A stretch of DNA of 64,000 nucleotides from Clostridia bacterium (GTDB lineage Bacteria > Bacillota > Clostridia > CAKSNL01 > HGM11501): positions 1 through 64,000 of the forward strand of contig JAZQAZ010000002.1 in assembly GCA_045545475.1 (NCBI GenBank), read 5' to 3'. The notes below the pieces were generated by a model. That model saw only the letters and a list, made by a program, of their open reading frames with translations. It was not told the DNA's origin and did no database searches. Of the stretch, positions 40,367 through 49,841 are shown in pieces. The translations under genes were made by a program, and so were the position numbers. The first letter of the stretch is position 1; each line of letters starts with the position of its first letter.

Positions 40367-42391
40367 ATGAAAAAGTTAATATCTTTATTAATTACATTCT
40401 GTATGGTTTTATCTCTCGGCACAGTTCTTTCATATGCAGAGGATGAAATGCTTGATAAAAGCGGGTGGACTGCAGAAGCCTCCAGCACATTTGCAAATTA
40501 TACAGCAGAAAAAGTTCTTGACGGTAAGAGGGAAACATACTGGCACACGTATTATGAAGTAGTGGAGGGCAGGGCAGGAAACAAAACACCCCCTCCTTAT
40601 GAGCTCACAATTGACCTGGGCAGAGAATTCGTTATTTCAGGCTTTTCATATCTTCCGAGAACAGGGGAGTCATCAACGGGAAGAGTTACAAAGTATGAAA
40701 TCTACGGCTCGGACGGAACAGATAACTTTGTTTTAATCGGCTCGGGAGAATTTCCCAATAACGAGGATGAAAAAACAGTAAAGTTCAAAAACAACATTCC
40801 TGTTAATAAGATTAAGTATAAGATACTTGATGCCGTTGGCGGATGCGGCGTTGTTGCAGAATTTGACCTTGTCAAGGAGGATGCTGCACTTCCCAAGGTG
40901 GTGCTTTCTGATGTAACAGCTGAAACCTTTGTATCGGAAGCTCCTAAGGCAGAGGAAAAGCCCAAGGAAGAAAAACCTGCTGCAGGTACAGTGGCACCGT
41001 CGACCGGCGAGAAAAAGGTTGAAGGAGAAGTTCCCGTTGATCCGAGATACGTGGATAAAAACGGATGGACAGCCTATGCAGAGCACAGCTTCCCCACGGG
41101 AGATACACCGGAAAAGTCCATCGACGGTAACCCAAAAAGCTACTGGCACTCATATTTCAAGACGGTTGACGGAGTAAATCAGAAGGCACCCATGCCCTAT
41201 GATATGATTTATACCCTTCCTTCCGTAACAAGCATAGCAGGCTTTTGCTACACCCCCAGACAGACCGATGGTTCAACATCAGGTATCGTACTTGAATATG
41301 AATTTTACGGAAGTGCGGACGGCTCCGATAACTGGGTAATGATTGAATCCGGCACATTCACAAATGACAGAGCCTCAAAGGACGTTCACTTTATATGCAA
41401 CCTTGATGTTAAAAAGGTTATGTTCAGAGTTAAGTCCGGTCTTAACGGCTATGCTGTAATAGGCGAATTTGACCTTATGGTAAAAAGGGATGGAATTACT
41501 ACCGTACCTCTTTCCGAGTATGAAGCATATAAGGAAGAAAACAAGGTGGTATATGTTGATACAGACGGAATAAAGGCAGAATCCAGCTCCGAATGGACAG
41601 GTCATGCTGCATCGCTGGCGGTTGACGGAAATCCGGGCAGCTACTGGCATAAGAATCCCGATGATAAGGGAATGATTCTTTTAAGGATTGACCTTGGCAG
41701 GGAATACGAAATAGCAGGCTTTACCTATTATCCCAGACGTGACGATATAAAGGGACACTGGAAGAAGTACAATATGTATGCAAGTACCGATGATAACGAG
41801 TATGTATCTGTACTCAGTGGTGCGACTTTTGATGTAATTGACTATACAAGTAAGGATATAAGGTTTGCAGAGCCTGTTAAAATGCGATATGTGGAATTTG
41901 AAATAGACGAATACCACGGACACTGTGCGGCGGCTGAAATAGGCTTTTATCAGACAAAGGAAATTGTTCAGGAAGAAAAGGTTTTTGAAAAATATGTACT
42001 CCAGATAGATAATCCTTTGATAAAGTCTGAGATAAATGGCGTAACAAAGGAAACGACTCTTGACGTGTCTCCATTCATTAAAAATGGTAATACGATGATA
42101 CCTTTAAGAGGTTTGCTTGAAGAAATGGGTGCAACCATTGAATGGAACGGCGACAATCAATCTATAAAGGTTAAAAAAGGCTTAATCACAATAGATATGC
42201 AGATAAGAAGAAAACAGGTTTATGTGACAAACGCCAAGGGAACTATTCGTTATTCATTCAGAACAGCTCCCATAATAAAGGATTCAAGAACCTTTATTCC
42301 GTTAAGATTCATCTCTGAAAATCTTGGGTATGATGTAATCTGGAACGGTGAAACAAGAACCATTACGATTCAGACTCCCGAAGAAGAGTAA
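40367..42391 (+). CDS. Secreted protein with three F5/8-type C (CBM32) domains and stalk domain, copy 2
   Basis: Paralog of 34831-37392 lacking its first CBM32; same C-terminal IPLRFISENLGY.V.W motif. Confidence 0.88.
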   Translation: MKKLISLLITFCMVLSLGTVLSYAEDEMLDKSGWTAEASSTFANYTAEKVLDGKRETYWHTYYEVVEGRAGNKTPPPYELTIDLGREFVISGFSYLPRTGESSTGRVTKYEIYGSDGTDNFVLIGSGEFPNNEDEKTVKFKNNIPVNKIKYKILDAVGGCGVVAEFDLVKEDAALPKVVLSDVTAETFVSEAPKAEEKPKEEKPAAGTVAPSTGEKKVEGEVPVDPRYVDKNGWTAYAEHSFPTGDTPEKSIDGNPKSYWHSYFKTVDGVNQKAPMPYDMIYTLPSVTSIAGFCYTPRQTDGSTSGIVLEYEFYGSADGSDNWVMIESGTFTNDRASKDVHFICNLDVKKVMFRVKSGLNGYAVIGEFDLMVKRDGITTVPLSEYEAYKEENKVVYVDTDGIKAESSSEWTGHAASLAVDGNPGSYWHKNPDDKGMILLRIDLGREYEIAGFTYYPRRDDIKGHWKKYNMYASTDDNEYVSVLSGATFDVIDYTSKDIRFAEPVKMRYVEFEIDEYHGHCAAAEIGFYQTKEIVQEEKVFEKYVLQIDNPLIKSEINGVTKETTLDVSPFIKNGNTMIPLRGLLEEMGATIEWNGDNQSIKVKKGLITIDMQIRRKQVYVTNAKGTIRYSFRTAPIIKDSRTFIPLRFISENLGYDVIWNGETRTITIQTPEEE

Positions 42392-42394
42392 AAT

Positions 42395-42432
42395 AAAAAC
42401 TGTGCGAAGAGTTTCTTTTCGCACAGTTTTTT
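42395..42432 (+). terminator. Terminator of cassette copy 2
   Basis: aaaaactgtgcgaaga...ttttcgcacagtttttt. Confidence 0.8.
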
Positions 42433-42466
42433 AGTCTTTGCATATTCTGTCAATAGGGAAAGGAAG

Positions 42467-42970
42467 GTGAAAATGGTAATAACAGTTCCTTACGACAGAA
42501 TAAAGGCGACGGAATATGCATCAAAGTGGGCATATCTAAGAAATCCCGACTATTACAATTTCAATTCCCTTGGCGGCGATTGTACAAATTTTATATCGCA
42601 ATGTTTATATGCCGGAAGCGGTGAAATGAATTATCCTGTCTGGTATTATTACAGTATTAATGACCGCTCTCCGTCCTGGACCGGAGTTGAGTTTCTATAT
42701 GATTTTCTTGTGAAGAACAAAGGACAGGGGCCAAGGGGAATCGAATGCAATATTGAGGATTTGAGACGTGGTGACGTTATTCAACTGGACTTTGACGGTG
42801 ACGGAACGTTTTCCCACAGCCTTTTGGTAACAGATGTAAAATATCCCATAACACCTTTTCATATTTTAATTGCGGCACATACTGTGGATTCGTTAAACCG
42901 TCCGCTTGACAGCTATAGCTTTAAAAGGGCAAGATTCATTCACATAGAAAATGTGGGAAAAAGCATATAA
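42467..42970 (+). CDS. Putative amidase domain protein (Amidase_6-like)
   Basis: YDR.KA.EYA.KW...RNP.Y..F...GGDCTNFISQCLYAG, GDVIQ, HS..V, AAHT. Confidence 0.85.
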   Translation: MKMVITVPYDRIKATEYASKWAYLRNPDYYNFNSLGGDCTNFISQCLYAGSGEMNYPVWYYYSINDRSPSWTGVEFLYDFLVKNKGQGPRGIECNIEDLRRGDVIQLDFDGDGTFSHSLLVTDVKYPITPFHILIAAHTVDSLNRPLDSYSFKRARFIHIENVGKSI

Positions 42971-43002
42971 AAAGGCTTATCGCAACAGCGATAAGCCTTT
43001 TT
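42969..43002. terminator. Bidirectional terminator
   Basis: aaaaaggcttatcgc-aaca-gcgataagccttttt. Confidence 0.85.
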
Positions 43003-43473
43003 TCATGCAAGTTTTTTCAATTCTTTTCTTGAAATAAAGAAAAGAATTAATCCGAGTAAAGGAATTAAAAACGTAACGAATAAATGAATTCCAAACCCTG
43101 TGAACGGAACCATTGTAACAAGCATTATATATGAGAAAATCAATGCTCCGAGTTCGGTTTCAAATCCGAAAACTAAAAAGAAAATACAAATCAAAGGAAT
43201 GAGGAACATAATTGCTGCTTGATAAAGGCAAAGCTTTAGGTAAATTTCCTTTGCAAGCTTCTTTCCGAAATGGAAAAGCAGGAAAAAGTATGCTGTGTAG
43301 AGTAGGGAGGTTATAATCTGGGGGATTGTTGCATCACTGAAAATGTCAATTTCCAAAACCGGTCTTCCCAGATAAGCATCAAACAGAAAGTAAACCGATA
43401 AAGCATAGAGTGCGATGAAGCCTGAAATAAGTGAAATATTTAATTTGTGTTTTTTTATAAATTCCAAAATCAT
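43003..43473 (-). CDS. Hypothetical membrane protein (4-5 TM helices)
   Basis: Hydrophobic segments; ATGA overlap with the upstream AraC stop; SD GGAGG. Confidence 0.7.
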   Translation of the reverse strand: MILEFIKKHKLNISLISGFIALYALSVYFLFDAYLGRPVLEIDIFSDATIPQIITSLLYTAYFFLLFHFGKKLAKEIYLKLCLYQAAIMFLIPLICIFFLVFGFETELGALIFSYIMLVTMVPFTGFGIHLFVTFLIPLLGLILFFISRKELKKLA

Positions 43474-44393
43474 GATTGCATATCTTCCTCCATCTTGTTT
43501 TTTACGGATTTCTTTTGTTTTTCTGCCTTGATTCTGTTCTGCTTTCGGTATTTAAGAGGTGATACACCGTTGATTTCTTTGAAAACAGACGAAAAGTAGT
43601 TGCTGTCGTTAAAGCCACATTCGTAGGCGATTTTGCATATTGACTTATCGGTGTGGATAAGGCGTGACTGTGCCTCCTTAAGGCGGATGATGGTTAAATA
43701 TTCCTTAAAGCCGAAACCCGTTATGCTTTTGAAAAGCCTTGAAAAATAGCTCGTTGAAAGACTGGACATTTCGGCCATCTGCTCTAAAGTTAAATTCATT
43801 TTGTAATTGACAGAGATGTACTGTGTTACATTTTCAATCGGGATATTTGTGCGGCTATAGGGTTTATCCATAGAAGGATTTCTTAGCATAAGGGAGAAAA
43901 GCTCTGTCATATAGCCTGAAATCAGAAGATTTGAATATGAGTCAAAATTCTGATGCTCTTTTGAAATTTTTTCGAAAATTGCAGTGATTTCGGGAATTGT
44001 ATCTTTCGGCGGACGGTAAATATTAAGAGCAAAAAGATTGTAAATATCAATTGCAAGGGATGGCGTGATATAAGGCTTTGAAAAGTTAATAAGATAGCGG
44101 TCTGTCGCTTCGTTAAAATAAATTGTTTTGTGTATAACGCCCTTTGGAATCAATACAAGGTCACCGGCTTCAACTTCAAACAGCTTGTTCTCGATAAAGT
44201 ACCGGCAGTGGCCTTCTGCAAGAAAATAAATTTCATACATATTATGATAATGACCGTTGGTTGTGGCGGCAACGCTTTCACGTCTTGAACGGTCATAATA
44301 AAAGTTGTCATACCTGTAAAGCTTGGGCGTGACAAAGGGACGGGAATCTTCAGTTGTGATGTTTTTGTCTATTAACCCTTTCTTTATTGCCAT
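43470..44393 (-). CDS. AraC family transcriptional regulator (cupin + double HTH)
   Basis: HYHNMYEIYF...GDLVLIP..VIH cupin; SYFSRLFK, IAYECGFNDSNYFSSVFK..NGVSPLKYR. Confidence 0.93.
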   Translation of the reverse strand: MAIKKGLIDKNITTEDSRPFVTPKLYRYDNFYYDRSRRESVAATTNGHYHNMYEIYFLAEGHCRYFIENKLFEVEAGDLVLIPKGVIHKTIYFNEATDRYLINFSKPYITPSLAIDIYNLFALNIYRPPKDTIPEITAIFEKISKEHQNFDSYSNLLISGYMTELFSLMLRNPSMDKPYSRTNIPIENVTQYISVNYKMNLTLEQMAEMSSLSTSYFSRLFKSITGFGFKEYLTIIRLKEAQSRLIHTDKSICKIAYECGFNDSNYFSSVFKEINGVSPLKYRKQNRIKAEKQKKSVKNKMEEDMQS

Positions 44394-44562
44394 ATTCTTC
44401 GCCTCCTTTTTGATAATAGTTTTCCTGTTTTTCTTCAGTATAACACAAATGACAAAAAAATCAAGAAAAATCGTAAAAAAAGGCAATATTTTAAAGGAAA
44501 TCTTATTGAAATTGTTGTAAAATAGTGATAAAATATAATAAAAAATATTAGGGGGTATTTTA

Positions 44563-45561
44563 ATGAAAACAGCTTATCAGTTCAACATTGAAAAAATGCA
44601 GGAAGTAAAGCCTTCTATGGCATATCAGGGTAAGGATTTGCTTTCATGGCAGAAGGAAGCAAGAGCGAAGCTTTCAGAACTTATCGGTCTTCACACCTTC
44701 TCTAAGTGTGCACCCGAACTTGAAATTGAATATGAAAAGAAAATTGAAGGTGCTACAGAAATCCGCTTCACATACCAGAGTGAAGAGGGCTACAGAGTGC
44801 CCTGCCATCTTCTTCTTCCCGATGGAGTAGAAAATCCTCCCGTTATCATCTGCCTTCAGGGACATTCAACAGGTATGCATATATCCCTCGGCAACCCCAT
44901 TTATCCCAATGATGAAGCAACCATCAAAGGCGGCGACAGAGATTTCTGCGTAAGAGCCGTAAAGGAAGGTTATGCGGCAATCGCTATGGAGCAGAGAAAC
45001 TTCGGTGAATGTGGCGGTAAGCCCGGTGGAACAGACTGTATGTATTCCGCAGTAACCTGTATGCTTTTCGGAAGAACAACAGCAGGTGAGAGAGTCTGGG
45101 ACATACAGAGATTAATTGACCTTCTTGAATCTGATTTTGCTGATAAGGTTGACGTTAAAAATATCTGCCTTATGGGTAACTCCGGCGGTGGTACAGCAAC
45201 AGCATATACCGCAGCACTTGAAGACAGAATTGTTCTTGCAATGCCTTCTAGTGCTATGTGTACATATAAGGATTCTATCGGTGCAATGCCTCATTGCCAT
45301 TGTAACTTCGTTCCTCATATCGCAGAATACTTCGATATGGGTGACCTTCTTGCAATGTCATACCCCAAGTATTATATTCAGGTAAACGGAATTCAGGATA
45401 ATATTTTCCCGATTAAGGGTGCTGAAGAAGTGTTCGAACAGGGTAAGTCCGCTTACAGAGAAATGGGCGCAGAAGATAAATTAGCTCACGTTAAAGGCCC
45501 CGAAGGTCACCGCTTTTATGCTGATATGGCGTGGCCTTTAGTACATAAATTCATCAAATAA
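44563..45561 (+). CDS. Alpha/beta hydrolase (carbohydrate esterase / dienelactone hydrolase-like)
   Basis: ICLQGH, GERVWD, nucleophile elbow GNSGGG, NGIQD.IF, GHRFY; no signal peptide. Confidence 0.82.
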   Translation: MKTAYQFNIEKMQEVKPSMAYQGKDLLSWQKEARAKLSELIGLHTFSKCAPELEIEYEKKIEGATEIRFTYQSEEGYRVPCHLLLPDGVENPPVIICLQGHSTGMHISLGNPIYPNDEATIKGGDRDFCVRAVKEGYAAIAMEQRNFGECGGKPGGTDCMYSAVTCMLFGRTTAGERVWDIQRLIDLLESDFADKVDVKNICLMGNSGGGTATAYTAALEDRIVLAMPSSAMCTYKDSIGAMPHCHCNFVPHIAEYFDMGDLLAMSYPKYYIQVNGIQDNIFPIKGAEEVFEQGKSAYREMGAEDKLAHVKGPEGHRFYADMAWPLVHKFIK

Positions 45562-45707
45562 TGAATTTATGTACGCGAGCGTAGCAAATGGAACAACCAT
45601 TTGCGAAGCAAGGTTGATGCAGCGTAAAAATGCGAAGAGCATTTTAGCTGTGTCAACTAAATCTTATCAAAACGCAAATGGCGTTTTGCCCACTTTATAG
45701 GCAAAAC
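45541..45707. repeat. Intercistronic multi-hairpin element between the esterase and uxaB
   Basis: Stems 45541-45574 (perfect 14 bp), 45584-45604, 45613-45657, 45668-45688 and alternative 45683-45707; no T-tract terminator. Confidence 0.65.
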
Positions 45708-45744
45708 CATATCTAACCATAAACTAACTAAAAGGAGAATCACT

Positions 45745-47031
45745 ATGTTTGCAGGAAAAGAAAAAACAAAAAGACCTGAACGAGTTATTCAGTTCGGCGA
45801 AGGCGGATTTTTAAGAGGCTTTTGTGACTGGATGCTTCAGATTATAAACGAAGAAACCGACTGGAACGGTAGCGTTACTGTTGTTCAGCCCATTGAAAAC
45901 GGTATGTGCGAAATGCTTGAGAAGCAGGATTGCATGTACACCCACGTTATAAGAGGCGTTGAAGGCGTTGATACAAAGTTAATCGACGTAATTTCAAGAT
46001 GTGTAAATCCCTATGCGGATTACGATGCATATCTTGCACTGGCAGAAAATCCCGACTTCCGTTTTGTTATTTCAAACACAACAGAAGCAGGTATAAGCTA
46101 TAATGAGGGCGATAAGCTAACAGACCGTCCCCAGAAATCCTTCCCCGCTAAGGTAACAGCCCTTCTTAAAAAGAGATTTGACTTAAAGCTTCCCGGATTT
46201 ATTTTCCTTCCCTGCGAGCTTATTGAAAAGAACGGCACAACACTTAAGGAAATCATCCTCCGCTATGCGGACGAGTGGAATTTAGGCGATGACTTCAAGA
46301 CCTTTGTTGAAAAGGAAAACGTGTTCTGTAACACATTGGTTGACAGAATCAACACAGGCTTCCCCAAGGGTGAGGATTTAGGTCTCGGCTACGAAGACAA
46401 TATGTTAAATACCTCCGAGTATTTCCACCTTTGGGTAATCGAAGGACCTTCGGATAAGGTTTTAGAAATTCCATTTGATAAGACAGACCTTAATGTAATC
46501 GTTACCGACGATATGACGATGTATCGCACAAGAAAGGTAAGAATCTTAAACGGTGCACACACTGCAATGATTCCCTATGCACTTCTTAAGGGCGTTGAAA
46601 CCGTTGGAGACTGTATGGCAGATGAAACTATGAGCACCTTTGACAAGGCTTGTGTATATGATGAAATCATTCCCACACTTGACCTTCCCAAGGAAGAACT
46701 TTTATCCTACGCTGACAGCGTGTTTGAGCGTTTTGCAAACCCCTATATCAGACACTTCTGCTCATCCATTTCCTTAAACTCCGTAAGTAAGTTCAAGGTA
46801 AGAGTGTTGCCTTCACTTCTTGAATATATCAAGAGATATGGAAAAATGCCCGAAAAGCTTTTATTCTCCTTTGCAAGACTTATCGAGTTTTATAAAACCG
46901 ATATGCCCAACGACGACAAGGACGTTATGGAGTTTATGAAGAAGGCAACTGTTGCCGAAATTCTCAAAAACGACAAGCTCTGGGGCGAAGACTTAAGCTT
47001 CTTATGTGGCGAAGTTGAAAAGTATATATAA
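45745..47031 (+). CDS. uxaB: Tagaturonate reductase (altronate oxidoreductase)
   Basis: QFGEGGFLRGF, SNTTEAGI, SFPAKVT, PCELI, NTLVDRI, RKVRILNGAHT, RFANP. Confidence 0.94.
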   Translation: MFAGKEKTKRPERVIQFGEGGFLRGFCDWMLQIINEETDWNGSVTVVQPIENGMCEMLEKQDCMYTHVIRGVEGVDTKLIDVISRCVNPYADYDAYLALAENPDFRFVISNTTEAGISYNEGDKLTDRPQKSFPAKVTALLKKRFDLKLPGFIFLPCELIEKNGTTLKEIILRYADEWNLGDDFKTFVEKENVFCNTLVDRINTGFPKGEDLGLGYEDNMLNTSEYFHLWVIEGPSDKVLEIPFDKTDLNVIVTDDMTMYRTRKVRILNGAHTAMIPYALLKGVETVGDCMADETMSTFDKACVYDEIIPTLDLPKEELLSYADSVFERFANPYIRHFCSSISLNSVSKFKVRVLPSLLEYIKRYGKMPEKLLFSFARLIEFYKTDMPNDDKDVMEFMKKATVAEILKNDKLWGEDLSFLCGEVEKYI

Positions 47032-47044
47032 AGGGTATGATCAT

Positions 47045-48415
47045 ATGAAAATCAATAAACTTGACAATGTGGATGTAAACCTTGCCGATGGCCATAAATA
47101 TGCCGACAGGGATATAAAGATGGGGGAGAACATTATAAAATACGGTTGCCCCATAGGTCACGCTACAAGCGATATCAAAAAAGGTGAACACGTCCACACA
47201 CACAACGTAAAAACCAATCTTAAGGACAATCTTACATACGAATACAATCCGAAGTTTTACGACCTTCCCGAAGGCGATAAAACAAAAACCTTTATGGGTT
47301 ATGTGAGAAAGAACGGCGACGTCGGTATAAGAAACGATGTGTGGATAGTAAACACGGTCGGCTGTGTAAACAAAGTTGCTGAGAAAATTGCAGCTGCAAC
47401 GGGTGCACTTTTCTTCCCTCATCCTTTCGGATGCTCCCAGCTTGGAGATGACCAGGATGTCACACAGAAAATCCTTAAGGGAATGATAAATCATCCCAAT
47501 GCCGCAGGCGTTTTGGTGCTTGGCTTGGGTTGCGAAAACAACAACATTGGTGAAATGAAAAAGGTGCTTGGCACCTGGGACGATGAAAGGGTTAAGTTCT
47601 TAATCACTCAGGAGTGCGAGGACGATGTGGCAGAAGGTATCAAAATAGTAAAAGAACTTCAGGCATATGCCGATACCTTTAAAAGACAGCCAGTTAGTGT
47701 ATCCGCACTTAAGGTTGGCTTAAAGTGCGGCGGAAGCGACGGTTATTCGGGTATCACCGCAAATCCCTTGGTTGGTAGAGCGTCGGATAAACTTATTTCC
47801 ATGGGTGCAAGCTGTATTTTAACAGAGGTTCCCGAAATGTTCGGAGCTGAACATTTGCTTATGGAAAGAGCTGAAAACGAAGAAATTTTCAATAAGACAG
47901 TCAGTCTTATAAATGACTTTAAGGACTATTTCACACGTCACGGTCAGGTGATTTACGAAAATCCCTCTCCCGGAAACAAGGCGGGCGGAATAACAACCCT
48001 TGAAGAAAAGTCATTGGGATGCGTTCAGAAGGGCGGTCTTTCCAAGGTTGTTGACGTATTAACCTACGGCGACACCGTTACCAAAAACGGTCTTTCCCTT
48101 CTTAACGGACCCGGAAATGATATCGTTGCAATAACAAACCTTATGGCATCGGGCGTACATATCATTCTCTTTACAACAGGTCGCGGTACACCCGTTGGCT
48201 CAAGCGTTCCCACGGTTAAAATTTCCACCAATGAAAACCTCTACAAGCACAAGAAAAACTGGATTGACTTTGATGCAAGCCCCACACTTAAGGGTCTTGA
48301 CTTGTCAGATGAGCTTGTTTCCTACATCATAGAAGTTGCAGAGGGCAAAGAAACAATGAACGAAATTAACGGATACAGAGAAATTTCAATATTTAAGGAT
48401 GGTGTAACATTATGA
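47045..48415 (+). CDS. uxaA: Altronate dehydratase
   Basis: SAF domain (GHK.A...IIKYG.PIG...HVHTHN), HPFGCSQLGDD, GLGCENN, KCGGSD, NPSPGNKAGG, FTTGRGTP. Confidence 0.95.
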   Translation: MKINKLDNVDVNLADGHKYADRDIKMGENIIKYGCPIGHATSDIKKGEHVHTHNVKTNLKDNLTYEYNPKFYDLPEGDKTKTFMGYVRKNGDVGIRNDVWIVNTVGCVNKVAEKIAAATGALFFPHPFGCSQLGDDQDVTQKILKGMINHPNAAGVLVLGLGCENNNIGEMKKVLGTWDDERVKFLITQECEDDVAEGIKIVKELQAYADTFKRQPVSVSALKVGLKCGGSDGYSGITANPLVGRASDKLISMGASCILTEVPEMFGAEHLLMERAENEEIFNKTVSLINDFKDYFTRHGQVIYENPSPGNKAGGITTLEEKSLGCVQKGGLSKVVDVLTYGDTVTKNGLSLLNGPGNDIVAITNLMASGVHIILFTTGRGTPVGSSVPTVKISTNENLYKHKKNWIDFDASPTLKGLDLSDELVSYIIEVAEGKETMNEINGYREISIFKDGVTL

Positions 48416-49773
48416 GTTTTATCAATGACGATTTCATGCTCAAAAACAAAACAGGTAAGCGTCTTTTCGAAGAATATGCAAAGGACCTTCCCATAATCGA
48501 CTACCATTGCCATCTTGTTCCCAAGATGATTGCAGAGAATTATAAGTTTAAGAGCACCTATGATTTGTTCCTCGGCGGTGACCACTATAAGTGGCGTCAG
48601 ATGCGTTCAAATGGTGTTCCCGAGGAAGATATTACAGGCTCTACTCCCGATTATGAAAAGTGGTTACAGTGGGCAAGAACAATGCCTCTTCTTATCGGAA
48701 ACCCCTTGTATCACTGGACACATCTGGAGCTTAAGAGATATTTTGATATTGATAAGCCTCTTACGGAAGAAACTGCAAAGGAAATCTGGGATAAGTGTAA
48801 TAAGCTCCTTGCACGTGACGATTTTTCCGCTCAAGAGTTAATCAAGAAGTCCAACGTTGAAGTTATCTGCACAACAGACGATCCAGTTGACAGCCTTGAA
48901 TACCATCAGCAGCTTAAAGGCTTTTCCACAAAAATTCTTCCTACCTTCCGTCCTGATAAAATTGTGGAAATCAATAAGGAAACTTTCCTTCCTTATCTTG
49001 AAACTTCAAATGTAAAGACATTTGAAGACGTTCTTCATTTCCTTACAGAGAGAATTGAATTCTTCCATTCTGTAGGCTGCCGTCTTTCCGACCACGCTCT
49101 TGAATATGTACCCTTTGGCATCGGCGATGCTAAGGCTGTATTTGAAAAGAAGGTTAACGGTGGGGTTGTTACCTATGAGGAAGAAAACATCTATAAGACA
49201 GCGGTACTTAAGCACTGTGCATCAGAGTACGTAAAGCGTGACTGGACAATGCAGCTTCATATCGGTGCTCTTCGTAACAACAACAGAAAGATGTATGAAA
49301 AGCTTGGTCCCGACACTGGCTTTGACTCCATCAACGACCTTTGTATAGCTGAAAAGCTTTCTGCATTCTTGGGAAATCTTGAGTATGATTATGTTCTTCC
49401 TAAGACCATACTCTACACCCTTAATCCCAAGGACAACTTCGTAATCGGCACAATGCTGGGTAACTTCCAGAAGGCACCCACAGCAGGTAAAATCCAGTTC
49501 GGCTCCGGCTGGTGGTTCAACGATCACCGTGACGGTATGGAAGCTCAGATGATGGCTCTTGCAAACCTTGGCGTACTGGGAAGATTCGTTGGTATGCTTA
49601 CAGACTCAAGAAGCTTCGTATCCTATACAAGACACGAGTATTTCAGAAGAATACTTTGTAATATGATTGGTAAGTGGGTAGAAGAGGGCGAATATCCCAA
49701 CGATAAGGCATCATTAAAGAGAATTATCGAAGGAATCTCCTACTACAACGCAAAGGAATATTTTAAGTTTTAA
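48412..49773 (+). CDS. uxaC: Glucuronate/galacturonate isomerase
   Basis: PIIDYHCHL, GDHYKWR, GNPLYHWTHLEL, CTTDDP, GSGWWFND, GMLTDSRSF, RHEYFRR. Confidence 0.97.
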   Translation: MSFINDDFMLKNKTGKRLFEEYAKDLPIIDYHCHLVPKMIAENYKFKSTYDLFLGGDHYKWRQMRSNGVPEEDITGSTPDYEKWLQWARTMPLLIGNPLYHWTHLELKRYFDIDKPLTEETAKEIWDKCNKLLARDDFSAQELIKKSNVEVICTTDDPVDSLEYHQQLKGFSTKILPTFRPDKIVEINKETFLPYLETSNVKTFEDVLHFLTERIEFFHSVGCRLSDHALEYVPFGIGDAKAVFEKKVNGGVVTYEEENIYKTAVLKHCASEYVKRDWTMQLHIGALRNNNRKMYEKLGPDTGFDSINDLCIAEKLSAFLGNLEYDYVLPKTILYTLNPKDNFVIGTMLGNFQKAPTAGKIQFGSGWWFNDHRDGMEAQMMALANLGVLGRFVGMLTDSRSFVSYTRHEYFRRILCNMIGKWVEEGEYPNDKASLKRIIEGISYYNAKEYFKF

Positions 49774-49774
49774 T

Positions 49775-49811
49775 AAAAAAATGTAGAATGCTTTGCATTC
49801 TACATTTTTTT
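49775..49811. terminator. Bidirectional terminator after uxaC
   Basis: aaaaaaatgtagaatgc-ttt-gcattctacattttttt. Confidence 0.85.
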
Positions 49812-49841
49812 CAATCTCCTGCAAAAGGGGCTGTAATTATT

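Noticed and set aside
32076-42391. Cellulosome-like scaffoldin/enzyme pair, or an assembly artefact duplication
   Set aside because: No cohesin or dockerin motifs. The copies differ throughout in sequence, domain number, promoters and terminators, so they are true paralogs.
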